A DNA stretch of 63,658 nt, counting the filler, from Diploschistes diacapsis (taxonomy: Eukaryota), in the NCBI GenBank assembly GCA_023645945.1. It is 28 parts of 28 records of this genome, joined end to end, with 100 filler letters (N's around TTAATTAATTAA, not from the genome) between each part and the next. Parts side by side here need not be neighbours in the genome. Positions count along the whole stretch, not along the records: positions 7,821 to 29,429 come from JALAIB010000305.1; 27 more parts are not named here. One strand, given 5' to 3'. The notes below the pieces were generated by a model. That model saw only the letters and a program-made list of their open reading frames with translations. It made no database searches and had not been told where the DNA came from. Position 1 is the first letter of the stretch. Every line of letters starts with the position of its first letter. Positions 12,804 to 23,336 of the stretch are shown piece by piece. The position numbers and the translations under genes were made by a program.

Positions 12804-13885
12804 AATTTTAATCACCGCCAAATACTGTATTAGTGGTGAATGGTACTAGGATATTAATATAATAGTATTTAAAGTGGGGAGTTTTGAGGATAATATTAAA
12901 GAATATTAAAATAAATAAATGCTAGGTTAATTCAGCTTCAGGTGACAATGCAATTCATAAGTAAATGATTTTGATAGTATCCTAATCGGGCATGGCGTTT
13001 GTGCCTTACTGTACCGGCGGTCCACTAAGGTGGACGCCGGCGGGATACTGAAAACCCCTTTACTTCATTTCAAGCATTAAGCCGAAAACTAAAGGTAGAA
13101 GGAATTCCCACAGTGAGATTAAGACATACGTGCTGTATTGCATGTTCCAATGCGCGGCGGGGTGTGGTCAGAAGTCGCGCCCTATGTCTGGATTTGAAGG
13201 CGGCACGTGAAAACTTCAACCCGATGCAGCAGAATAACATAGGATGCTCGAAAGCCTAGTCTGTCAGACAGGGATCGGGCAGTATGCACGGTAAAGCCGT
13301 TTAAAGGAGCGATGTCACCAGAACTGGCTCAGGCATAAGGTAGTACCGAGTCTATCCACGGCCACGGCCTGGAGAGAATTTGGAGTAGCTTAGGGTAGGT
13401 AAGGTATGCAGGTGAGACAGGTGACACGGACCCTTCTACGCACATCACATCACAGCATCTGCATGAAGTAGGAGTCCAGTATAACTAACGCCCGCTTTCT
13501 GTGAATGCTGCAATGTATCTATCTACTGGGTTGAATGGGCCGCCAGTACCAATCAGTTAGAATATGGATGAGGTGACTCAAGAAGCAGCAACTTTCATCA
13601 GCCGGGTCTGGACTGGTCCCTGAGAAGCTTCTCAACACTCGTGCATCTGGGTCTCCCACTATAGCTCTACGGCCTAGCAAGAGCCCACACAGCTGGCTAC
13701 CCCAAAGCACTCCAATATATTCGCAAACCCCTCAAACCCTATTCGACGCCTTTTGCGGTCTTGATGGTGGTCTCTTATAAACTCAGTGCCTATTTAATGC
13801 TACGCTCACCCACATGTGATAACCATCAAACCATTCTTTCCTTCCCAATCTCAGCTAGTGGTCTAATCTCAGCAACTACTTCAAA

Positions 13886-15046
13886 ATGCCTCTCGACCCA
13901 AGCCTCCTCACCTCGGCCATTAGTGCCATGGTTGGATACCCCGTGATTACGTATGAAGAGTACCAACGCAATCGGCCAGCGGGCTTTCATCCGCTTGACA
14001 TGGAGGCATTCCACAAGTCAGTATTAGTTGCACCAGCACCGGCACCAGCACCGGCACCGCGACCGCCGCCGCCGCCGCCACCTTACTCTGGGTCTGTACC
14101 CCCGCCGGGGACGGGATCAGGGTCGGGAACGGGGTCGAGCTCGGTGACGCAGCCTGGGATACAGCCAGGGACGCAACCGTCGCAACAAGTGCATCAGCCA
14201 TGGACAGGACTATGGTCGCAAGTGGTAACTCGAGCGGGAGAGGTACTCCAGCCGGGGGCGACTACACAGGAAGTGCAATCGACCCAGCCATCGAACGCCC
14301 TAGTCCCGGGCCTGCTCAGCATATTCGTCAAGACGTTGACGGGCAGAACGATCACGATTCCAGTCACATTGAGCGAGACAATCTACGAGATCAAGCAGAA
14401 GATTGAAACGAAAGTGGACATACCAGCCGAGGAACAACGGCTCGTCTATGCCGGGAAGCAGCTCGAGGATGGCCGGACCCTGCGTGACTACCAGGTCGAG
14501 GAGAACGCAACTCTCCACCTGGCGCTTAGGATTCGCGGCGGCGGCCCCACTGGAATGTACCTCGCGCAGGACTTCCTTGATCCGAGCTATGATTTCGACT
14601 TCACGAAGGTGAACGACTACGGCGTGTCGTTCTCCCGCGGGAAGGAGGTGTACCAGCGCCCGACCGGATGGCAGCGCTTTGCGCTCAAGGTGGACAACAA
14701 GTACGGCTCGAATCTCACTTGGTTGGGCAGCTCGAACGTGACCGGTGAATGGCCGGTTTCGTATCACGGCACGAGTCTGGCGGGCGCAATGTCCATCGCC
14801 GACGAGGGTTACAAACTGGCGAAATCGAGGAACTTCGTTTATGGTCGCGGGATCTATTCTTCGCCGCGACATACGATTGCTGAGGCGTACGCCCAGACTT
14901 TCCAGAAGGATGGGAAGAAGTACAAGGTTATCTTCCAGAATAGGGTGAATCCGGCCCAGCTTCAGAAGATTCCTAAGATCGATTACTGGATTAGTGCCGC
15001 GGATGCGGATATTCGTCCGTACGGTCTATGTATCAAGGAATACTAG
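13886..15046 (+). CDS. Pro-rich/PPxY + ubiquitin-like domain + NEURL4-type ADP-ribosyltransferase domain protein (386 aa)
   Basis: Intact ORF. A 76-codon Ubl spans 14315-14542 ([13 protein letters not shown]...[19 protein letters not shown]...LRIRGG). ART motifs are [36 protein letters not shown] and [10 protein letters not shown]. Confidence 0.88.
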   Translation: MPLDPSLLTSAISAMVGYPVITYEEYQRNRPAGFHPLDMEAFHKSVLVAPAPAPAPAPRPPPPPPPYSGSVPPPGTGSGSGTGSSSVTQPGIQPGTQPSQQVHQPWTGLWSQVVTRAGEVLQPGATTQEVQSTQPSNALVPGLLSIFVKTLTGRTITIPVTLSETIYEIKQKIETKVDIPAEEQRLVYAGKQLEDGRTLRDYQVEENATLHLALRIRGGGPTGMYLAQDFLDPSYDFDFTKVNDYGVSFSRGKEVYQRPTGWQRFALKVDNKYGSNLTWLGSSNVTGEWPVSYHGTSLAGAMSIADEGYKLAKSRNFVYGRGIYSSPRHTIAEAYAQTFQKDGKKYKVIFQNRVNPAQLQKIPKIDYWISAADADIRPYGLCIKEY

Positions 15047-15672
15047 AGAACGAAAGCTTAGGTGATGAAGCTCTTAGGAAAATGCATCTTTGTTTTCTCG
15101 TGGAGATTCTACTCCATCGAACTTTGAATCTCAATGACGAAGAAAATGGAAGTAGTATCGAAAGCCTCATTTACGCTTTTCAACTAAGATACTAGTCGTT
15201 TGCCCAATGAAAATTAATGTCGCGAGTCCGATAGGGTAATGGCATGAAGGACTTTCTTGTCCCCACACAATATGATTCCTTTTCCTGTCGCTTTGCGCGC
15301 TAGGCAAAGAATCAGCACGCAGAGCATTGGTGTGAAGAGGGGGGGGGGACATGTCCACACGAGACGCACTAGGTAACGAACAGGGTTGAAATGGCGATGC
15401 TACAGCTGCATTGCCACTTCGAAACCGACCGTCGAGATGGAAAGTGGTCGGGCTCGAAAGAAAACAATGGCCTCGAAAACCAGTCGGCTAAGTAGACCAA
15501 TATTCACTCCATCTTCGTCAGCTGACAGCACTGTCGTGTCGTCTTGGAATTGCACACTAGTCATAATTAGGCAGATAGGCGTGCAGGTGCTGTGGTGGCT
15601 TATAAATTGCAGGCTCACAGCCGTTGATGCTTTCTGTTATTCTTGACCTGAAGATTGTTCGCAGCTAGCAAT

Positions 15673-16731
15673 ATGTCAAACATTTTCTGCCTTCAATGCC
15701 GACAGCGACCTAAGAGTACGGATCACACGTTCTGCTCCAAGCAATGTGGCCGTACCGCTGCCGATTACGCTCCAAGTCTTCTGTGGATTCCCACTGACCA
15801 TGTTCAGTACGCAAATGGTGTGTGCGTCATCCTCGTGCCCAGGATGCGAGTTCTAACAGTATCCTTACGGTCTCCAGTAGCACAGCATTGGGCTGATGGC
15901 TGGAAGAACGGACCAGCTCCGGCCATCAAAGCGATGTACCTGGTCACCTGGAGCAAGGCTTCACGAGATGACTTCGAGAGCTACCGGTACGACCCAGTTT
16001 CTGGCTTTGCAGAGGGGAGTCGATTAAGAAGACCCTGGATACTAGCCGCGAAATCGAGTCCCAGACGAACTTTCGTGCAAAAGGTTGGTTTGAAGGCAAT
16101 GAGCAGAAGCGCTTCTGGGGGGTTGATAGAGCATGCGATATCGGCGAGAACGGGGTCACTGCCGTATGTTACAAAAGCAACTGCTGGCTTTGTACCGTTC
16201 TCCAAAACGGATTAAGGGGATACTTGAGAGCTCAGCGGACTCTGGGGCTGTGAGCACCACCGTTGCATAAAACTGCACCGACACCCTCTTGACATTGATG
16301 GCCTAGACACGGCAATCGGCTAGGGCCTGGCATATACACTACCAGGACTTCCTCCAAGTACGTTCGATCCCGTGTTCGTTTTTCTACAGTTTTAATGATT
16401 TACTGTTTCTCCCAGAGCAGCAGACCACGCCGTCAATGTCGGCCATGCATCGAGCTCGAATGTGCATGTCATGGTCATGTGTAGGGTCGTGATCGGGAAT
16501 TCGTACATCACCAAGACAGAACAACCCACTTTCCACAGCCCTCCCAGCAAGTACCACTCCGTGAGTCCTGCCATCGGCCAGGTGGGTAGTCTTTCTAATT
16601 CATATATCCGCTAACAGTGACTTGTTGCGCAGGTGCTCGGAGACCCTGGGCCAGGCAGCAGCTTTGCTAATAACGAGTTGGTGGTATACACCGAGCGGGC
16701 AATTCGCCCGGCCTATGTCATTGTGTACTAG
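15673..16731 (+). CDS. Six-exon Zn-finger + PARP-like ADP-ribosyltransferase-fold protein (250 aa)
   Basis: Exons 15673-15817, 15878-15986, 16046-16249, 16307-16357, 16416-16560 and 16633-16731, all with GT-AG introns of 57-72 nt, give a 753-nt open frame. Motifs: CLQC-x11-CSKQC, GNEQKRFWG, RLGPGIYTTRTSSKA, MVMCRVVIG and NELVVYTERAIRPAYVIVY. Confidence 0.85.
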
Positions 16732-17210
16732 ACATGATCTGCGAACGGGCTACAGCTTGTGTATTTAGGAATTATACGAGATAAGATGTGGGTTGGGGGT
16801 AGATGCAGATAGAAAGCAAGAGGTATCCATGCTGGGATGATCTGAAAACCCCCATCCAAGCCGCACCTTTACAAAAATTATTTCAAATCACAATACTGGT
16901 ATAGCTGTTGCATTGTGTGAGTTCCTGCTCTATACCACTGAATATTTTGAACAACTGAAGATTTAAACGATATGCATTACGAATTAATTTTATGACCGTC
17001 GATAAAGCATTATTAATTCTTTTATTCCTTTTTAAAAAACTCGCGGGACATTCAAAACAAAGTAAACATATTTTAGATTATTTTCGATAAAGATAAACGC
17101 CATAAAAGAATACAATCTGGAAGAGATTTTACCATTGAAGAATAATTTAGAAGTGAATTTAAACATGTAATATAAAATATGTTGAGAAATAATTAATTTT
17201 GGCGTTATAA

Positions 17211-17425
17211 GTCGAATAATGAAAGTAACTACTGACAGACCTTTTCGGAGGTCGTGGGTTCAATTCCCACTGCTGCCACAACCCCAAATATTTTTTTTAA
17301 TTTCAGGCTCAATATCGTAACTTTTTAATCCTAAAGCGGCTAGTTACTTTTAGCGCAACGGTCGGTACTCGGCATCGGCATAATCAATCTTTCGAGATTT
17401 CAACTTGGGTTAGTTTAGTAGGCCG
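17211..17425 (+). repeat. Right copy of the direct repeat, containing a tRNA-Leu-like 3' half (pseudo-tRNA)
   Basis: Variable-arm-like CCTTTTCGGAGG, perfect T-arm GTGGG-TTCAATT-CCCAC (17254-17270), acceptor strand TGCTGCCA, then a T8 tract at 17291-17298. No intact 5' acceptor strand. Confidence 0.8.
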
Positions 17426-17440
17426 TATTTAAAAATTTAC

Positions 17441-17480
17441 TAGTCAGTCAGACTAACCAATTTGGGTTAATACTCTGACA
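17441..17480 (-). mobile_element. Terminal fragment of a Copia family-C LTR (TGTCAGA...)
   Basis: CAGACTAACCAATTTGGGTTAATACTCTGACA matches the termini at 37098, 49636 and 57151. Confidence 0.7.
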
Positions 17481-17652
17481 GATATAAATTAAAATATAAG
17501 TATTCAGATAGCGGTTTCTTAAAGCATTAACGTTAACGCTAAACCGGACCGAGGTCGCTAGACCCAAGGAGGAAAATCGCCTCGACAGAATTAACGCGTA
17601 AGTTTGCCCCTCAATATGCGTAAATAATCAAATCTCTGTATGATGATGAAGG

Positions 17653-19323
17653 ATGCCTAGGTACATTGGGATCTTATAGGGTCCAAAGTAGTGTTCTGAC
17701 CTTACCAGAGAAATCATAACGGTCCAGGCCGGCCAATGCGGCAACAGCAGTATGTTACTCGTACACAGCTAATTGAAGGAGGGTATCTAAGGCCAAGCAG
17801 TTGGGAGCCAGTTCTGGCAGCAGCTATGTCAAGAGCACGGAATAAACCAGGACGGCAACCTCGAGGACTTTGCGACCGAGGGAGGTGATCGGAAAGATGT
17901 CTTCTTCTATCAAGTACGCCTGCCTCCATCTCAAGGCGACCAAAGGGCGGCTTGCTGATCGGACCGCAGAGCGATGACACCCGCTACATACCACGAGCCA
18001 TTCTGGTCGATCTCGAGCCAAGAGTATGCTACAAAACTCAACCAAGTTGGTAATGTGCTTACAATGGTTCATCTAGGTAATACAAGGAATTCAGAGCGGC
18101 CCCTACAAAAATATCTACAACCCCGAAAACTTCTTCGTCAGCAAAGATGGCAGTGGCGCTGCCAACAACTGGGGGGCTGGTTATGCCGCGGGCGACGGCG
18201 TCCAAGAAGAGATATTCGACATGATCGACCGCGAAGTCGACGGCAGCGACTCCCTCGAGGTATGCCTCCCTCTTTCCCTCGTCTTCCCCATCACCTTTGA
18301 CAACGGCGCCAGGGCTTCATGCTCCTCCACTCCATCGCCGGCGGCACCGGATCCGGCCTGGGCTCGTACCTTCTCGAACGCATGAACGACCGCTACCCCA
18401 AGAAGCTGATCCAGACCTACTCCGTCTTCCCCGACACCTCCGCCGGCGGCGGCGACTCGGTCGTCGTGAACCCCTACAACTCGCTCCTTGCGATGAAGCG
18501 GCTGACGCAGAACGCCGACTCGGTCGTCGTGCTCGACAACGGCGCCCTCTCCCGCATCGCCGCGGACACGCTGCACATCCAAGCGCCCTCCTTCCAGCAA
18601 ACGAACCAGCTGGTGTCGACGGTGATGTGCGCCTCGACCACGACGCTGCGCTACCCGGGCTACATGCACAACGACCTGGTCGGCATCGTGGCCAGCCTGA
18701 TCCCCACGCCGCGCTGCCACTTCCTCATGACCTCCTACACGCCCTTCACGGGCGACAGCGTCGAGCAGGCCAAGACGGTGCGCAAGACCACCGTGCTCGA
18801 CGTCATGCGCCGCCTCCTGCAGCCGAAGAACCGCATGGTGTCGACGACGCCCAGCAAGAAGAGCTGCTACATCTCCATCCTCAACATCATCCAGGGCGAC
18901 GCCGACCCGACCGAGGTGCACAAGTCGCTGCTCCGCATCCGCGAGCGCTCCCTCGCCACCTTCATTCCCTGGGGCCCGGCAAGCATCCAGGTCGCGCTGA
19001 CGAAGAAGAGTCCCTACGTGCAGAGCGCGCACAGGGTCAGCGGGCTGATGCTGGCGAACCACACGAGCGTCGCGACGCTGTTTCGGCGCATCGTGGGCCA
19101 GTACGAGAAGATGCGCAAGCGGAACGTGTTCATCGAGGGGTACAAGCGCACGGAGCCGTTCAGGGACGGGCTGGAGGAGTTCGATGCGGCGAGAGAGGTG
19201 GTGGGGGGTTTGATACAGGAGTATGAGGAGGCGGAGGGGGAGAATTATTTGGATGTGGGGAACTTGAACGTTAAGGGAGAGGGAGGAGGAGGAGGAGGAG
19301 GAGGAGCGGGGACTGGGGCATGA
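17653..19323 (+). CDS. mipA: Gamma-tubulin, complete, six exons
   Basis: Exons 17653-17660, 17709-17749, 17801-17913, 17970-18023, 18077-18259 and 18313-19323. Reads [15 protein letters not shown]...[27 protein letters not shown]...[10 protein letters not shown]...[13 protein letters not shown]. Confidence 0.97.
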
Positions 19324-19914
19324 ATTTCGGGAAGGAGTTGGTTGTGGGATGTAAGCAAGCTGAGGGTGGTATGAAACGGAGTCATTCACCATGTCAAAAC
19401 CACAGGTGGAGTGCAATCCTGAGACGAGTCATGAGCGATTGAATCTTGTTTGGCTTTTAAGCCAAGGGGTATCATATATTGCATCCATACCCTGCTCCGT
19501 CCTGCATGAACGAGCCTGCCGCTGTCGCTAACGGATCGAGCCTCATCTCTCTGGTCTTGAAAACAAGATCGATGTAAGAAGGTCTGCGCTGCTCAGAGCC
19601 TAGCTTGGCCCGTCCTATAAAAAGTTTAAGCTCGTTATCGCAAGAAGTTGTTAGTGTGACAGCTGGGGCCCCGGGGTGGAGCAAGCCTACACCAGCCAGC
19701 CAGCATTGATTGCTATCGTGGCATGTTGCGGCCCTGAGCCAGTCCTTACGGAGGCCGGCCGGGCCTTTCTTTTGCATCGGTTCGCTGCATTGGATGCCAG
19801 TGGAGGCCTCCGGCATACTGCTGCAGTCTCGCAAAAGGTGACTCGTAGGTATCGTAGGAATTGGGCTCCTTTTCGTCTACACGCTCAGTGGTATGCTGCG
19901 ACATGGTAGCTCGG

Positions 19915-21123
19915 CTATCCGGCTTCGATCTGGAGTTCGGCTGCTGACTCTCGTTTTACTCTTGTCTCTGTATCCAAAGACACTCTGTGTGTTGTCCTGT
20001 CCTGCGACTCCTCCATGGCTGATCCTCCTTTGTAGCGGGAAAAGGTCGTTGGCCGACCTTTTGTGGGCGCTGGCGGCTCTAGGAGGCCTGCGTATTGCTT
20101 TTGGCTCCACCAACCTCTACTTGTATGCCCGGTGTTGCTCGGTCGGTACCGTAGAGCTTTCGAGCGCTTGCTTGCCCCAGAACTTTCGCGTCCGAAGAGG
20201 CTGCGAAAGGTAGACAGCGAGACTACGATTACTGCCGTCGCGGCTTCCATGGCTTGCCAGAAGGCGATCCAGGACGTGTCGCGAACTCCATTAGGCAAAG
20301 GCGCGAGAGTAGTGCGGACGATGGCCATGACGATCATGGCGCTTGAGAGGCTGAGCATGCTCCCGAGCGTCAGCTTGCGGCGCAGGCTGATGTGGACCTT
20401 CCAAAGGAGGGCAACGGGCACGGAGATGATGAGGACATCTGTAAAGATATCGAGTGCTGAGGTGACATTGAGGTAGACGCGCTCGCGGTAAAGCTGGAAT
20501 GCTATCGGGCAGTACTCTAGTACACACGTGAGCGCTCAGTTCCACGACGTAAGTGGCTTATGCTTACGCATGTAGTCGGACGTAAGAACAGGGCAGATCA
20601 TGAAACCCATTGGCATAGTCGCCAGCCCACAGACAACCGTGATACCTGTAACTACCCGCCAATGGATCTCGAACACACGCACTCGATCAACGAGCTTGCG
20701 GAACAAGCAGAGGAAGGAGAGCTTGATGGCGTAGATTGTTGACCATATCAAGCAACTACATACTTGAATCCGCTTCTCGAAGTCGAGCATCTGGACATAA
20801 AAGTCTGGTGGCGGTGCTTGCCAGCCTAAGCCGACATAGATTTGTACGTACACGAGATGATCAATGGTGTATGCAAACCCAGCGGCAACGGCACTAGCTG
20901 CAACCGCGTAGAAAAGAAAGTAATCGTCGGCATAGAATTTGCGTAAGTGGTAGAAGCGAACGATAGTTCTCGCCACAGCGGACACCACGCTGATGGCAAG
21001 AAACGTTGCGATGAAAGCCTGAAGAGGATCAGGAGCGTTGCTTCAGCCTCAAGTCAAGTCTCTTACCACGAAAGCCTGAGGTTGAATGCGCAGCGAGTAG
21101 CTAGCTGGGACAGAGACATCCAT
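19915..21123 (-). CDS. PTH11-like (fungal rhodopsin-domain) integral membrane protein, three exons, no CFEM domain
   Basis: Introns at 21019-21066 and 20517-20567. Motifs FYADDYF, WSTIYAIKLSFLCLFRKL, LDIFTDVLIISVPVALLWKVHISLRRKL and EAATAVIVVSL; multiple hydrophobic helices. Confidence 0.87.
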
Positions 21124-21438
21124 GTTGCCTCTAATACCGGCTTAATTCCCTGAAACCAATAAGCCTTGTAAATCTATCCGTATTATGCTTAAGTGAGCGT
21201 CAGCGAGCATCATCAGATAGGATAACGCGGGGGAGGAGCAATAGTAAGATCCCCGGATATTTGTAGTTTTTTAAGTTTCTTTGGGAACTGGGCGGAGGCT
21301 CGGAACCAACACGTTTAACTTCTTAGCGTCTTGAATTGGCTGTTTTGTTTTGATGGACATATTGGCGTTGAACTGGCCTAGAGCCATTATATTATTAGAG
21401 AGGTTTAACAATCCTCGTCAGTTCAGATATGGCATATA

Positions 21439-22715
21439 CAGTCACGTGCCAAAAGTAATGGTCCCTACCTAAATTATAGTAGACATCACCAACTTTGGAG
21501 ATGCGATGCGCACCCAAAGAATGTCCTACAAATGCGCTTTTTAGATCATTTTGATGCCCTTTATTCGTAGTATCTATTAATACTTTGTTTACCACCCCTG
21601 CGCGTCGTATACAGCCTGAATTCGCGTAGGTATCGAGTAGATTAATCGAGCAGGCAAATCCCACTCCCTATCTGCCGTAATTTGACCAAATGCCTCGATA
21701 ATAGCAGCTTTTAAAGCCTGTTTCTTATTATCCTTGCTCCCACGCATTGTTTTAAGCTCTGAATGAAACCGAAATACCTCCTCTTTTAATCTAAGCCAAA
21801 AATGCTCTATAGCGTTTAAATCTGGACTATATGGTGGATGATCGAGAACCCAGACGCCGAGACTCTCTAAAAGCGTTTTAACAACGTTTGCAGTGTGTAT
21901 AGAAGCATTATCCTACAAAAAACCTTGCCCAGGTTCGTAGATTTGGGGCAAAATATCCCTTAATAAAGCACAATAAGCCTCGGCGGTAGCACTTCGTCCA
22001 TTTATATAGTAATCTTCGAAGAAACACCACACGACGCGTCCATCGGCTCTCATACCAGCCCAAAGCATGATGCTTTCCTTATTTCTAACCGTTTTTGCTA
22101 GGTGATCGGGAAGCCATTGTTCTCCTATATATCTCCATACCCATTTTCGTACTTCACCACTTCCTATTGCTATAGAGCACTCGTCGGTGAACCAAATATT
22201 AACAAAATCCTCGGCGCGCCAAGTTCGGTGTATTCGGGAATACCTCAGGCGTTTTTCCGCATCTTCAGGCTCTAAATATAGCTTCCACCGCATCCTATAT
22301 TTTTTGAAAGAGGGGTCGATGTCGCGGAATCTTCGGCGCACTATATTTTTGCTGATAGACGAGATATCGAGCAATTCAGACCACTCAGATTCTGGATGGC
22401 GTCTGGCCGTTCGATAGAGCCTATTTTCTTGATTTTCGGACGTTATTCGAGGTCTTCCGGAGCGCTTCAGATCATCTTGGTCTTCATCACGCTCTGAAAC
22501 CTTTACTATTGTCTTTTTGGCTGTAGAATAAGGAATATTTAGCCTATTGACTGCATTTTTCAGGATAGCACCTGATCTGTATGCGCCTATAAGCTCAGAG
22601 CGCTCCCAGAGCTTCAAACGACGATATGGTGGCATTATTGTAGAAATAATAGTAGGCATTTATTGTTTATTTGCACCGATTTAACCGAGGGACCATTACT
22701 TTTGGACTAGTACTG
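21439..22715 (-). mobile_element. Full-length Tc1/impala-like DNA transposon (1277 bp)
   Basis: TA target duplication at both ends. TIRs are CAGT-N6-CCAAAAGTAATGGTCCCT and enclose the transposase. Confidence 0.93.
21577..22659 (-). pseudogene. DD34E transposase with premature stops
   Basis: RSGRPR HTH linker, WFTDEC, FL*DNASIH and HPPYSPDLNAIE (34 residues between D and E). The stops are at positions consistent with CAG>TAG and CAA>TAA. Confidence 0.92.
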
Positions 22716-23336
22716 TAGCTGCTAGATAGCGCTTTTTCTGGGGCCTTGGCAATAAACTAACCTAATGTAACAGCGGGGTTAGCGGGGTTAGTGCCTAATA
22801 GGTAGCACTATCCCATACACAGTATAGTATTTCAAATTCGGAGTTCTCTTTCGGTGAAGCGAACGAAAGCAATGGCAGCACACCTGTTCTGTGCCATCAA
22901 CGGCAAGACGTACCGTGTATCTGTACATCCAGAGGCTTTCGACTTATCGAAGTAGAGGTTCGGAGGTCGGATGTTGGAGGAAGCCGCTGTTAGTTCATGT
23001 TGAATTGAATGGCGTTGAAGGCGCCAAGCTTTTGGTGCAGGCTAACACTCGGATAGATGAGCTTTGACTTTAAGCAATAGATTTGGTCAGTGGAAGGTCA
23101 GTAACGTCTGTCATCTACGCCTCTCTCCCAATTTCTCCCACTCCCTGCTGTGGCAAGTCACTCACACGTTCTCAAGCACATTCGACTGTCGCAATGTAAG
23201 AGACATATAGGAATACTTTCCAGGCAACTTCTCTGCCCACTCTGCGGTTCAAGGAGCATAGCAATGACATGATTCGCCGATTGTTCCCGCCCGGCAGTTT
23301 ACGTACTTGTTCCTTGAGCTTGAATTCAATAGCAGG

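Noticed and set aside
12760..12990. AT-rich stretch as a mitochondrial insertion (NUMT)
   Set aside because: No recognisable mitochondrial gene or rRNA motif on either strand.
15655..16215. 186-aa ORF as the real protein
   Set aside because: It reads through introns 1 and 2 and leaves the frame. The spliced six-exon model restores the ART motifs.
17195..17278. Functional tRNA gene
   Set aside because: The T-arm and 3' acceptor strand are good, but there is no complementary 5' acceptor strand or recognisable anticodon arm.
12391..17480. ART cassette as a complete LTR retroelement or Starship
   Set aside because: No matching TSD, PBS or PPT at the candidate ends and no tyrosine recombinase or other mobility gene. 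Kept only as a hypothesis in the findings.
18181..19416. 411-aa antisense ORF and 309-aa alternative-frame ORF over gamma-tubulin
   Set aside because: Shadow ORFs caused by extreme GC3 bias. The same applies to overlapping ORFs on SEC13 and MRPS9.
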